This document shows, in pieces, positions 1-7,135 of a stretch of DNA of 31,850 nucleotides. The DNA is from a candidate division WOR-3 bacterium. Its GTDB lineage: Bacteria > Hydrothermota > Tepidihabitantia > Tepidihabitantales > Tepidihabitantaceae. Position 1 is the first letter of the stretch, and each line of letters opens with the position of its first letter. The position numbers were made by a program, and so were the translations under genes. The stretch spans positions 1 through 31,850 of the forward strand of contig CBFGIY010000021.1 of NCBI GenBank assembly GCA_965648935.1, read 5' to 3'. The notes beneath the pieces are model-generated. The model was not told the DNA's origin. It worked only from the letters and a program-made list of their open reading frames with translations, and did not search any database.

Positions 1-840
1 CCCGCAACCACACCTCCTGCCCCGGTGCCGGCGACAAGCGAGCCCGAAGCGCCGGCGCAGCCGGAGCCGGAACCGATTCCCCTGCCCGCCGCGCCGGCGC
101 CGGCCGCCGAGGCCGCCCAGCCTGCCTCCGAAGCGCAGGAAGGCGAGAGCAAGCCGCGGCGCGGCGTGCCGCCGCCCAAGGACCCGGAGAAGGGCGGCTA
201 CATCTGCGACGCGATGCTGGGGCGGCTGGCGCGCGAACTGAGAATGCGCGGCCTGGACGTGTTCTACGGCCGCAACCTGGGCGGGATGATGGCGTTCCGC
301 CAGTCGCGCGCGAGCGGCCGCACCCTGCTGTCGCGCAACAAGCGGCTGGCCGGGCTGCCCGGCGTCGTGATGATCGAGTCGAACAACATTCGCCAGCAGG
401 TGGCACAGGTTACCGGCGAGCCGGTCGAGCCCGAGCCCGAAGCCGAGGCGCTGCCCGAGGCCGCGGAAGCAGCGGAGCCGGTCGCGGCCGAAACCGGGAC
501 AGAAACGCCGTTGCCGGAGGCCGCCGCCCCGCCGGCCCGGCCCCAGCGCCTGCAGCCGCGGCGCGAGCCGAGACAGCAGCCCCGGCCCGAACCGCGGCCC
601 GAGCCGCCCGCCGAACCCCAGTTCGGCCGGTGCCTGGAGTGCAACGCGCCGCTGGAGCAGATATCCCGCGATGCGGCGCGGCCGTCAATACCATTTTTCA
701 TATATCAGATTCACCACGACTTTCGCCGCTGCCCGAAGTGCAAGAAGGTCTTCTGGCCGGGCAGCCACGTGCAGGATATGGAGCGGCGGGTGCGGCCAGC
801 GGGCCGGTATCCGCGCCGCGGCGGCCGGGGCCGACGCTGA
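1..840 (+). CDS. Mut7-C RNase (PIN-like plus Zn-ribbon) domain protein, probably 5'-truncated by the window edge, with Pro/Glu/Ala-rich segments
   Basis: Frame is open from base 1. It contains DAMLGRLARELRMRGLDV, RCLECNAPLE and CPKCKKVFWPGSH, which are Mut7-C signatures. Confidence 0.8.
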   Translation, partial: PATTPPAPVPATSEPEAPAQPEPEPIPLPAAPAPAAEAAQPASEAQEGESKPRRGVPPPKDPEKGGYICDAMLGRLARELRMRGLDVFYGRNLGGMMAFRQSRASGRTLLSRNKRLAGLPGVVMIESNNIRQQVAQVTGEPVEPEPEAEALPEAAEAAEPVAAETGTETPLPEAAAPPARPQRLQPRREPRQQPRPEPRPEPPAEPQFGRCLECNAPLEQISRDAARPSIPFFIYQIHHDFRRCPKCKKVFWPGSHVQDMERRVRPAGRYPRRGGRGRR

Positions 841-922
841 ACTGGCCGGGCACTATCAGACGCCGCTGTCCGACTGGCGGACGCGGCCGGAATCTGGCAG
901 AAGTGACCACGGAGGATAACCG

Positions 923-2446
923 ATGGCAGTAGTTCTGGACGGCAAGAGCCTGAAGATCGAAGACATGGTTCGGGTCGCGCGCCACCGCGAGAAGGTGGAG
1001 CTTGCCCCGGCCGCGAAAGAGCGCATCAACCACTGCCGCGGCTTCATCGAAGAGAAGGTGAAGGCGCGCGCGGTGATGTACGGCATCACCACCGGCATCG
1101 GCGAGCTTTCCGAGACGATTCTCTCGCCGGAGCAGACCGAGCAGTTCCAGCGCTACATCGTCTACTCGCACTCGGCCGGGTGCGGCGTGCCGCTGCCCGA
1201 GGAGGTGGTGCGCGCCGCGCTGTGCTCGCGCATCAACGTGCTGTCGATCGGCCACTCCGGCATCAGGCTGAAGGTGGTCGAGACGATGGTCGAGATGCTC
1301 AACCGCGGCGTGACGCCGGTCGTGTACGACAAGGGCTCGGTCGGCGCGTGCGGCGATCTCTCGCCGATGAGCCAGCTCGCGCTGGTGCTCCTGGGCGAGG
1401 GCGAGGCGTACTATCAGGGCAAGCGGATGAGCGGGGCCGAGGCGATGAAGGCGGCGGGTATCGCGCCGGTGCAGTTCGAGGCGCGCGACGGCCTGGCCTG
1501 CATCAACGGCTCGAACATGACCGCGGGCTGGGGCGCCATCCAGCTCTGCGACGCGGCGCACTACTTCAAGGTCTCGGAAATCGCGGCCGCGCTCACCCTT
1601 GAAGTCGTCAACGCAAACATGGCGGCCTATGACGAGCGCATCCACAAGGTGCGCGGGTATGCCGGCGCGGTCGCCTGCGCCGAGAACGTGCGCCGGCTCA
1701 CCGAAGGCTCGGTGATGCTCCAGCAGCCGGGCAAGAAGGTGCAGGACGCCTATTCGCTGCGCTCGACCCCGCAGGTCGTGGGCAGCGCCAAGGACGCGCT
1801 GGTCTGGGCGCGGCAGATGTTTGAAACGGAGCTCAACGGCGTCGGCGACAACCCGCTGTTCTTCCCCGACGAGAAGGCCTACCTGACCGGCGCGAACTTC
1901 CAGGGCACGCCGCTCGGCCTGCCGCTTGACCTCATCGGCACCTGCGTCACGATGATCGCGGTGCTCTCAGAGCGGCGCACCAACCGGCTGCTCAACCGCA
2001 ACCTGTCCTGCGGCCTGCCTGCGTTCCTGACCAAAGGCGCGGGAATGTTCTCCGGCCTGATGCTCACCCAGTACACGCAGGGGATGCTCATCGCCGAGGA
2101 CAGAATCCTGTCGGCGCCGGCGTCGATCGGCTCGATTCCCGCCGCGGCCGACCAGGAGGACTTCGTTTCGATGGCGTTCACCGCCGCGCTCAAGACCGCC
2201 CAGATACAGAACAACGCGTGGTACGTCGTGGCCATCGAGCTGATGGCCGGGGCCCAGGCCGTCGAGTTCCGCAAGCCGCTCGCGCTGGGCAAGGGCACTC
2301 AGGCGGCCTACGACGTCATCCGAGCGCACGTCGCGATGATGGTCGAAGACCGGCCGGTGCAGGAAGACATCAACAACCTCACCGCCGCGGTGCGCTCGGG
2401 CGAGCTCCTCTCGGCGGTCGAAGCGGCGGTCGGGCCGCTGAAGTAA
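923..2446 (+). CDS. hutH: histidine ammonia-lyase (MIO-dependent aromatic amino acid lyase family)
   Basis: Motifs YGITTGIG, SHSAG, GSVGACGDL, QDAYSLRSTPQV, DNP, NFQG and QEDFVSM. RBS GGAGG lies upstream. Confidence 0.85.
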   Translation: MAVVLDGKSLKIEDMVRVARHREKVELAPAAKERINHCRGFIEEKVKARAVMYGITTGIGELSETILSPEQTEQFQRYIVYSHSAGCGVPLPEEVVRAALCSRINVLSIGHSGIRLKVVETMVEMLNRGVTPVVYDKGSVGACGDLSPMSQLALVLLGEGEAYYQGKRMSGAEAMKAAGIAPVQFEARDGLACINGSNMTAGWGAIQLCDAAHYFKVSEIAAALTLEVVNANMAAYDERIHKVRGYAGAVACAENVRRLTEGSVMLQQPGKKVQDAYSLRSTPQVVGSAKDALVWARQMFETELNGVGDNPLFFPDEKAYLTGANFQGTPLGLPLDLIGTCVTMIAVLSERRTNRLLNRNLSCGLPAFLTKGAGMFSGLMLTQYTQGMLIAEDRILSAPASIGSIPAAADQEDFVSMAFTAALKTAQIQNNAWYVVAIELMAGAQAVEFRKPLALGKGTQAAYDVIRAHVAMMVEDRPVQEDINNLTAAVRSGELLSAVEAAVGPLK

Positions 2447-2465
2447 CCACGCGCAAAGCGTTGCA

Positions 2466-2503
2466 CTGGACGCCTGACGCCCGGACCCGGGCCAGGCGTC
2501 CAG
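2466..2503 (+). terminator. long hairpin downstream of hutH (terminator or processing stem)
   Basis: Perfect 11-bp stem CTGGACGCCTG/CAGGCGTCCAG with an inner CCCGG/CCGGG. The T-tract after it is weak. Confidence 0.4.
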
Positions 2504-2540
2504 CCGTTGTCTCAGTGCAGCGCGAAGGGCGTAAGGCGGC

Positions 2541-2900
2541 ATGCTCATCAAGCGCCTGAAGGACTGCGCCGAGGTAGTCGCGGCCGACCGCACCCGCCTG
2601 CGCGAGCTCCTGCATCCCGAGCGCGACGCGGCGGCGATCCGCTACTCGCTCGCGGTCGCGTGGCTCGACCCGGGCCAGCGGTCCGCGCCGCACAAGCTCA
2701 AGTCGTCGGAGGTCTACTTCATCATCCGGGGCTCGGGCGTGATGCACGTCGGCGACGAGTCGTCCAAGGTCGAACCGGGCGACGCGGTGTACATCCCGGC
2801 CGGCGCGGTGCAGTGGCTTGAGAACCCCGGCGCGCACCCGATTGAGTTCGCCTGCATCGTCGACCCGCCCTGGCGGGCCGAGGACGAGCAGGTGGTCTAG
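2541..2900 (+). CDS. cupin domain protein
   Basis: PHKLKSSEVYFIIRGSG and GDAVYIPAG cupin motifs. Confidence 0.85.
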   Translation: MLIKRLKDCAEVVAADRTRLRELLHPERDAAAIRYSLAVAWLDPGQRSAPHKLKSSEVYFIIRGSGVMHVGDESSKVEPGDAVYIPAGAVQWLENPGAHPIEFACIVDPPWRAEDEQVV

Positions 2901-2918
2901 AACCACGCCAGGCCAGGG

Positions 2919-3596
2919 ATGAAACACCACGGAAACATCGACCCGGTGCGCCTGATCGAACGGCAACTGGGCATCAGGTTCACCCGCGACCTCGGCATAA
3001 GGAACTGGGTCAGGGCCGAGTTCGGCACGCACCCCCTGTTTGCCTGTTCACTTCACGGCTACCCGCACTGGCTGAGCGTGTATGCCAATGCGCGCGAGTT
3101 GTGCCGCGCCGTCCCGAACCTGTCGCCGCACGAACGGGACCTTGTCCGGGTAGCGGCATACCTGCACGACGTCGGCCGCTTGTCGCCGGGCGCGTCGCAG
3201 GGAGTTGACACCCGGCACGGGCGAGCGTCCGAGCGCGCAATCCGCGCGGCACTGCCGCGCGTCGCGCAACGGTTCGGCGCGAAGGCCGATGTCGCCGCCA
3301 TCGGCCTGCTCGCCCGCTCGCACATCGACGAGACCGACATCGTACAGCGCCGGCTCGCCCGCGGCCGACTCGCATTCGCCGCAGACATCGTGCGGGAGGC
3401 AGACAGCCTCGACTTTGTACGGCTCGAGGCCGGCGGCGGCGAGTCGTTCGACCCGACCCGCCTGCGGTTCGGCGAGAAGTCCCTGCGGCTCGTTCCCCTG
3501 GTCCGGGCGCGCTGGCAAGCCTGGCTCCGTCAGGCGGCGGCGACCTGCCGGGACAGGGCGCGAACGCACCCAACTTCCCGCCGCCGGGTTCCGTGA
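2919..3596 (+). CDS. HD-domain metal-dependent phosphohydrolase
   Basis: LHGYPHW...AAYLHDVGR...H...EADSLD pattern. Confidence 0.75.
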   Translation: MKHHGNIDPVRLIERQLGIRFTRDLGIRNWVRAEFGTHPLFACSLHGYPHWLSVYANARELCRAVPNLSPHERDLVRVAAYLHDVGRLSPGASQGVDTRHGRASERAIRAALPRVAQRFGAKADVAAIGLLARSHIDETDIVQRRLARGRLAFAADIVREADSLDFVRLEAGGGESFDPTRLRFGEKSLRLVPLVRARWQAWLRQAAATCRDRARTHPTSRRRVP

Positions 3597-3906
3597 AAAT
3601 AAGCCAATCGGTATGGTTTGATGCGCTGATTAAACCACCAGGCTAAATCGGGGGAACGGCCGGAAACCGACCTAAGCCTCGGAGCGGCAACCGGTTGCCG
3701 GGAAACCGGCGTTCTGGCCCCTCTCGTCCCCCGGGCCGTCTTTCGGCCCGTTGCGCGCGGCACCGCGAACCCGGCAACCCGGGGCCCTGAGTGCGGCAAA
3801 ACAAGCAGGATAGCGCCGGGTGTCATGCGCGGCCCGGCTGGCCCCGCGGTTCCCGGCGCTTTCGCCCGGCTCTGCCCGGCGCGTCCGCTGGTTCGCGCCA
3901 GTTGTC

Positions 3907-3934
3907 TTGACACCCCGCAGCGCGGTTCTAGACT
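3907..3934 (+). promoter_or_regulatory. sigma70-type promoter, probably leaderless, for the EndoQ-like gene
   Basis: TTGACA(3907-3912)-16 bp-TAGACT(3929-3934). The ATG is 7 nt downstream and there is no SD. Confidence 0.6.
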
Positions 3935-3941
3935 TGCCCCG

Positions 3942-5204
3942 ATGCAGTTCATCGCCGACCTTCACATCCATTCCCGCTATTCGCGCGCGACAAGCAAGGA
4001 GATGGGCGTGCCGGGCGTCGCCGCGATGGCGAAGAAGAAGGGCATCGCGCTCGTCGCCACCGCAGACTTCACCCATCCGCAGTATGTCGACGAGCTCAAG
4101 CGCGACCTCAAGGACGAGGGCAACGGGCTGTTTTCCTACGACGGGGTGCGCTTCATTCTCTCGACCGAGCTGAACCTTCTTTACAACCACGACAAGCGGC
4201 TGCGGCGGATTCACCAGCTCGTCTACCTGCCGAGTTTCGAGGCGGTGGCGAAGCTGACCGAGTGGCTGGACGTTTACGGCAAGCTGGCCGCGGACGGGCG
4301 GCCGACTCTGTCGCAGCTTTCCAGCCGCGACCTTGTCGCCAGGGTGCTGGAAATCGAACCGCGCGGGTTCGTTGTCCCGGCGCACATCTGGACGCCGTGG
4401 TTTTCGCTGTTCGGCTCGAATTCCGGGTTCGATGCGGTCGAGGAGTGCTTCGGCGACATGACCGGCGAGGTGTTCGCGGTCGAGACCGGGCTTTCCTCGG
4501 ACCCGCCGATGAACTGGCGCGTCTCGGCCCTGGACCGGTTCGCGCTGATTTCCAATTCGGACGCCCACTCGCCCAACCGGCTCGGGCGCGAGGCAAACGT
4601 GTTCGACTGCGAGCTGTCGTTCGACGGGCTCAGGGCCGCGCTCGCGGCAAACGACCCGAAGCGGCTGCTCTACACCATCGAGTTCTACCCCGAGGAAGGC
4701 AAGTATCACTGGGACGGGCATCGCTCGTGCAACGTGGTCTCTGCGCCCGAGCAGTCGCTCGCCGCAAGCGACATCTGCCCGGCGTGCGGCCGCAGGATGA
4801 CGATCGGCGTGCTGCACCGCGTGCTGCAGCTGGCCGACAGGAAGGCGGACGAGCTGCCCGCGGGCCGGGTGCCTTTCAAGAGCGCGGTGCCGCTGGAGGA
4901 GATAATCGCCGAGGCGCAGGGCGTGGGCCGCGACACGGTGGGCGTGGGCAAGCTGTACGATTCGATGGTCGCGGCCCTGGGCAGCGAGTTTCACATCCTG
5001 CTTGACGCGCCGATCGCCGAGATCGAGAAGCACTCCAATGACCGCATAGCGCTGGGCATCGCGCGGATGCGCGCGGGCGAGGTGGAGAAGATTCCGGGGT
5101 ACGACGGCGAGTTCGGCCACATTCACGTGCTGCCCGGCACCGCGGTGCAGCCGACCGTGGCGCGCGACGCCGCGCCCGGAACCCAGATGGGGCTTTTCGG
5201 ATGA
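3942..5204 (+). CDS. endonuclease Q family protein (PHP domain plus Zn finger)
   Basis: MQFIADLHIHSRYS, PAHIWTPW, ETGLSSD, NSDAHS and GKYHWDGHRSC...CPACG. Start moved to ATG 3942. Confidence 0.85.
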   Translation: MQFIADLHIHSRYSRATSKEMGVPGVAAMAKKKGIALVATADFTHPQYVDELKRDLKDEGNGLFSYDGVRFILSTELNLLYNHDKRLRRIHQLVYLPSFEAVAKLTEWLDVYGKLAADGRPTLSQLSSRDLVARVLEIEPRGFVVPAHIWTPWFSLFGSNSGFDAVEECFGDMTGEVFAVETGLSSDPPMNWRVSALDRFALISNSDAHSPNRLGREANVFDCELSFDGLRAALAANDPKRLLYTIEFYPEEGKYHWDGHRSCNVVSAPEQSLAASDICPACGRRMTIGVLHRVLQLADRKADELPAGRVPFKSAVPLEEIIAEAQGVGRDTVGVGKLYDSMVAALGSEFHILLDAPIAEIEKHSNDRIALGIARMRAGEVEKIPGYDGEFGHIHVLPGTAVQPTVARDAAPGTQMGLFG

Positions 5205-5209
5205 GGATC

Positions 5210-5298
5210 AAGCCAGAAGCCAGAAGTCAGAAGCCAGATGACAAAACCGCCGGCCCGCGCGGTTCTGCGTCCTGCGTTCCGGCTTCCGAGGTTTGACT
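5210..5298. repeat. two facing 7-mer tandem arrays
   Basis: AAGCCAG AAGCCAG AAGTCAG AAGCCAG ATGACAA (5210-5244), then the inverted-type array TCTGCGT CCTGCGT TCCGGCT TCCGAGG TTTGACT (5264-5298). Confidence 0.7.
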
Positions 5299-5304
5299 TC
5301 GGCC

Positions 5305-5823
5305 ATGCGTACGCTGTGGGCTCCCTGGCGCGCGCAGTACATCTACTGCGCGGCGGGCGGCAAGGCTGATTCCGGCCCGAAGCACTGCCTGTTCTGCCGG
5401 CTGTGGCGCGAGAAGGACGATGCGGCGAACCTGATAGTGCGGCGCGGCCGGCGCGCGTTCGTCGTGATGAACCGGTTTCCCTACAACAACGGACACCTGA
5501 TGGTCGCCCCGGTGCGCCACTGCGCGACGCCGGAGAAGCTCAATCCGGCCGAGGCGGCAGAGATGCACGAGCTTCTGCGCGCGGCGCTTGCGGCCCTGCG
5601 CCGGGCGTACAGGCCGGACGGATTCAACATCGGGGCGAACATCGGCCGGGTCGCGGGCGCGGGCGTGGCCGGGCACGTGCACCTGCACGTCGTGCCGCGC
5701 TGGAACGGCGACACCAACTACATGCCGCTACTGTCCGAGACCAAGGTCGTCAGCGAGCACCTGGCCGACACCTTCGCGAAGCTGTCGGCGCTGTTTTCGG
5801 CACGAAGGCGGCGCGGTTCCTGA
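5305..5823 (+). CDS. HIT family hydrolase (Ap4A hydrolase/FHIT-like)
   Basis: LWAPWR, CLFC, NRFPYNNGHLMV, and the histidine triad AGAGVAGHVHLHVVPRW. Confidence 0.9.
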   Translation: MRTLWAPWRAQYIYCAAGGKADSGPKHCLFCRLWREKDDAANLIVRRGRRAFVVMNRFPYNNGHLMVAPVRHCATPEKLNPAEAAEMHELLRAALAALRRAYRPDGFNIGANIGRVAGAGVAGHVHLHVVPRWNGDTNYMPLLSETKVVSEHLADTFAKLSALFSARRRRGS

Positions 5824-5911
5824 TGCACCGCTGCGTGGCGCGTCGAGAACGGCACCGTGCGCTTTGTCCTGCGACCTTTAGCATCCCTGCGGCGCGACCC
5901 GGAGGAGGACG

Positions 5912-6595
5912 ATGATAAGAGCCGTCGTGTTCGACGTCGACAACACGCTGGTCGATTTCATGAAGTTCAAGGCCGCGTCGATCGACGCGGCGATTCACGC
6001 GATGATCGACGCCGGGCTGGACCTGACCGCGGCGCAGGCGCGCGCCAAGATAGACGAGATCTACCGGCGCAAGGGCATCGAATACCAGCAGGTGTTTGAC
6101 GACTTTTTGCAGGAGACCCTGGGCTACATCGATTACCGGATACTGGCCAACGGCATCATCGCCTACCGCCGGGCGCGCGAGGGGGTGCTGGTCGCCTACC
6201 CGCACGTGAACATGGCGCTTCTGAAGCTCGCGCGGATGGGGCTGAAGCTGGCCGTCGTGTCGGACGCGCCGCGGCTGCAGGCGTGGATGCGGCTGGCGCA
6301 GCTTGGTGTGGACGGGTTCTTTGACGTGGTCGTGACGTTTGACGACACGGGCAGGCGCAAGCCCGCGCCCGAGCCGTTCCAGCGCGCGCTCGAACTGCTT
6401 GGGGTCGCGCCGCAGGAGGCGGTGATGGTCGGCGACTGGGCCGAGCGCGACATGGTCGGGGCCAAGGAAATCGGGATGCACACGGTGTTCGCGCGCTACG
6501 GCGACACGTTCGGAACGGTCAACACCAGGGCGGACTTCGAGATAAACGATGCGCTGGAGCTCATACCGGTCATTGAGAGACTCAACGGGCAGTAG
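5912..6595 (+). CDS. HAD-superfamily hydrolase (subfamily IA)
   Basis: FDVDNTL, VSD, RKPAPEPF and MVGDWAERD motifs. RBS GGAGGA. Confidence 0.9.
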   Translation: MIRAVVFDVDNTLVDFMKFKAASIDAAIHAMIDAGLDLTAAQARAKIDEIYRRKGIEYQQVFDDFLQETLGYIDYRILANGIIAYRRAREGVLVAYPHVNMALLKLARMGLKLAVVSDAPRLQAWMRLAQLGVDGFFDVVVTFDDTGRRKPAPEPFQRALELLGVAPQEAVMVGDWAERDMVGAKEIGMHTVFARYGDTFGTVNTRADFEINDALELIPVIERLNGQ

Positions 6596-6604
6596 GCCGG
6601 ACCA

Positions 6605-6625
6605 GTGCAGAGCGCAGAAGGCAGA
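6605..6625 (+). repeat. 7-mer tandem repeat (NNGCAGA)x3
   Basis: GTGCAGA GCGCAGA AGGCAGA. Confidence 0.5.
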
Positions 6626-6709
6626 ACAGCGACTGCGGGTTCGCGCCGGCAGCCGGGCCTGCCAAAGCGTCTGACAGCAGCGTTTTGACATCCGACCCCG
6701 CGTCCTAGT

Positions 6710-7084
6710 ATGGCTGTCTTCGGCGTCGGCATCGACCTGGTGAAGGTCTCCCGGATAAGGGAGGCATTCGAGCGTCACCCGGCGCGGTTCCGCGACCGCA
6801 TCTTCACGCCGGCCGAGTGGCGTTTCTGCGAGACGCTCGCCGACAAGTACCCGTCGTACGCGGGCCGGTTCGCGGCCAAGGAGGCGTTCTCCAAGGCGCT
6901 GGGAACTGGCCTGCGCGGCGCAATCGGCTGGACCGAAATCGAGGTCCGGGACAACGAGCGTTCGCGGCCGACCATTGCGGTGACCGGCCGGGCCGCGGCA
7001 ATTCTGGGGGCGCGCCGCGTCCACGTAAGTATTTCACATCTAGACGATTACGCGACGGCAGTCGTTCTGATAGAAGACATGTAG
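6710..7084 (+). CDS. acpS: holo-[acyl-carrier-protein] synthase
   Basis: GVGIDLV, AGRFAAKEAFSKALGTG and VSISH motifs. Confidence 0.95.
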   Translation: MAVFGVGIDLVKVSRIREAFERHPARFRDRIFTPAEWRFCETLADKYPSYAGRFAAKEAFSKALGTGLRGAIGWTEIEVRDNERSRPTIAVTGRAAAILGARRVHVSISHLDDYATAVVLIEDM

Positions 7085-7097
7085 CGGCCATCGCGCC

Positions 7098-7126
7098 TTG
7101 ACTTGGCGCGGGCCGGCCGCTATTCT
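7098..7126 (+). promoter_or_regulatory. topA promoter
   Basis: TTGACT(7098-7103)-17 bp-TATTCT(7121-7126). The ATG is 9 nt downstream and there is no SD. Confidence 0.6.
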
Positions 7127-7135
7127 TGCCGCCCA

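Noticed and set aside
6685..6711. acpS promoter TTGACA-15-TAGTAT
   Set aside because: The spacer is short and the -10 box overlaps the start codon.
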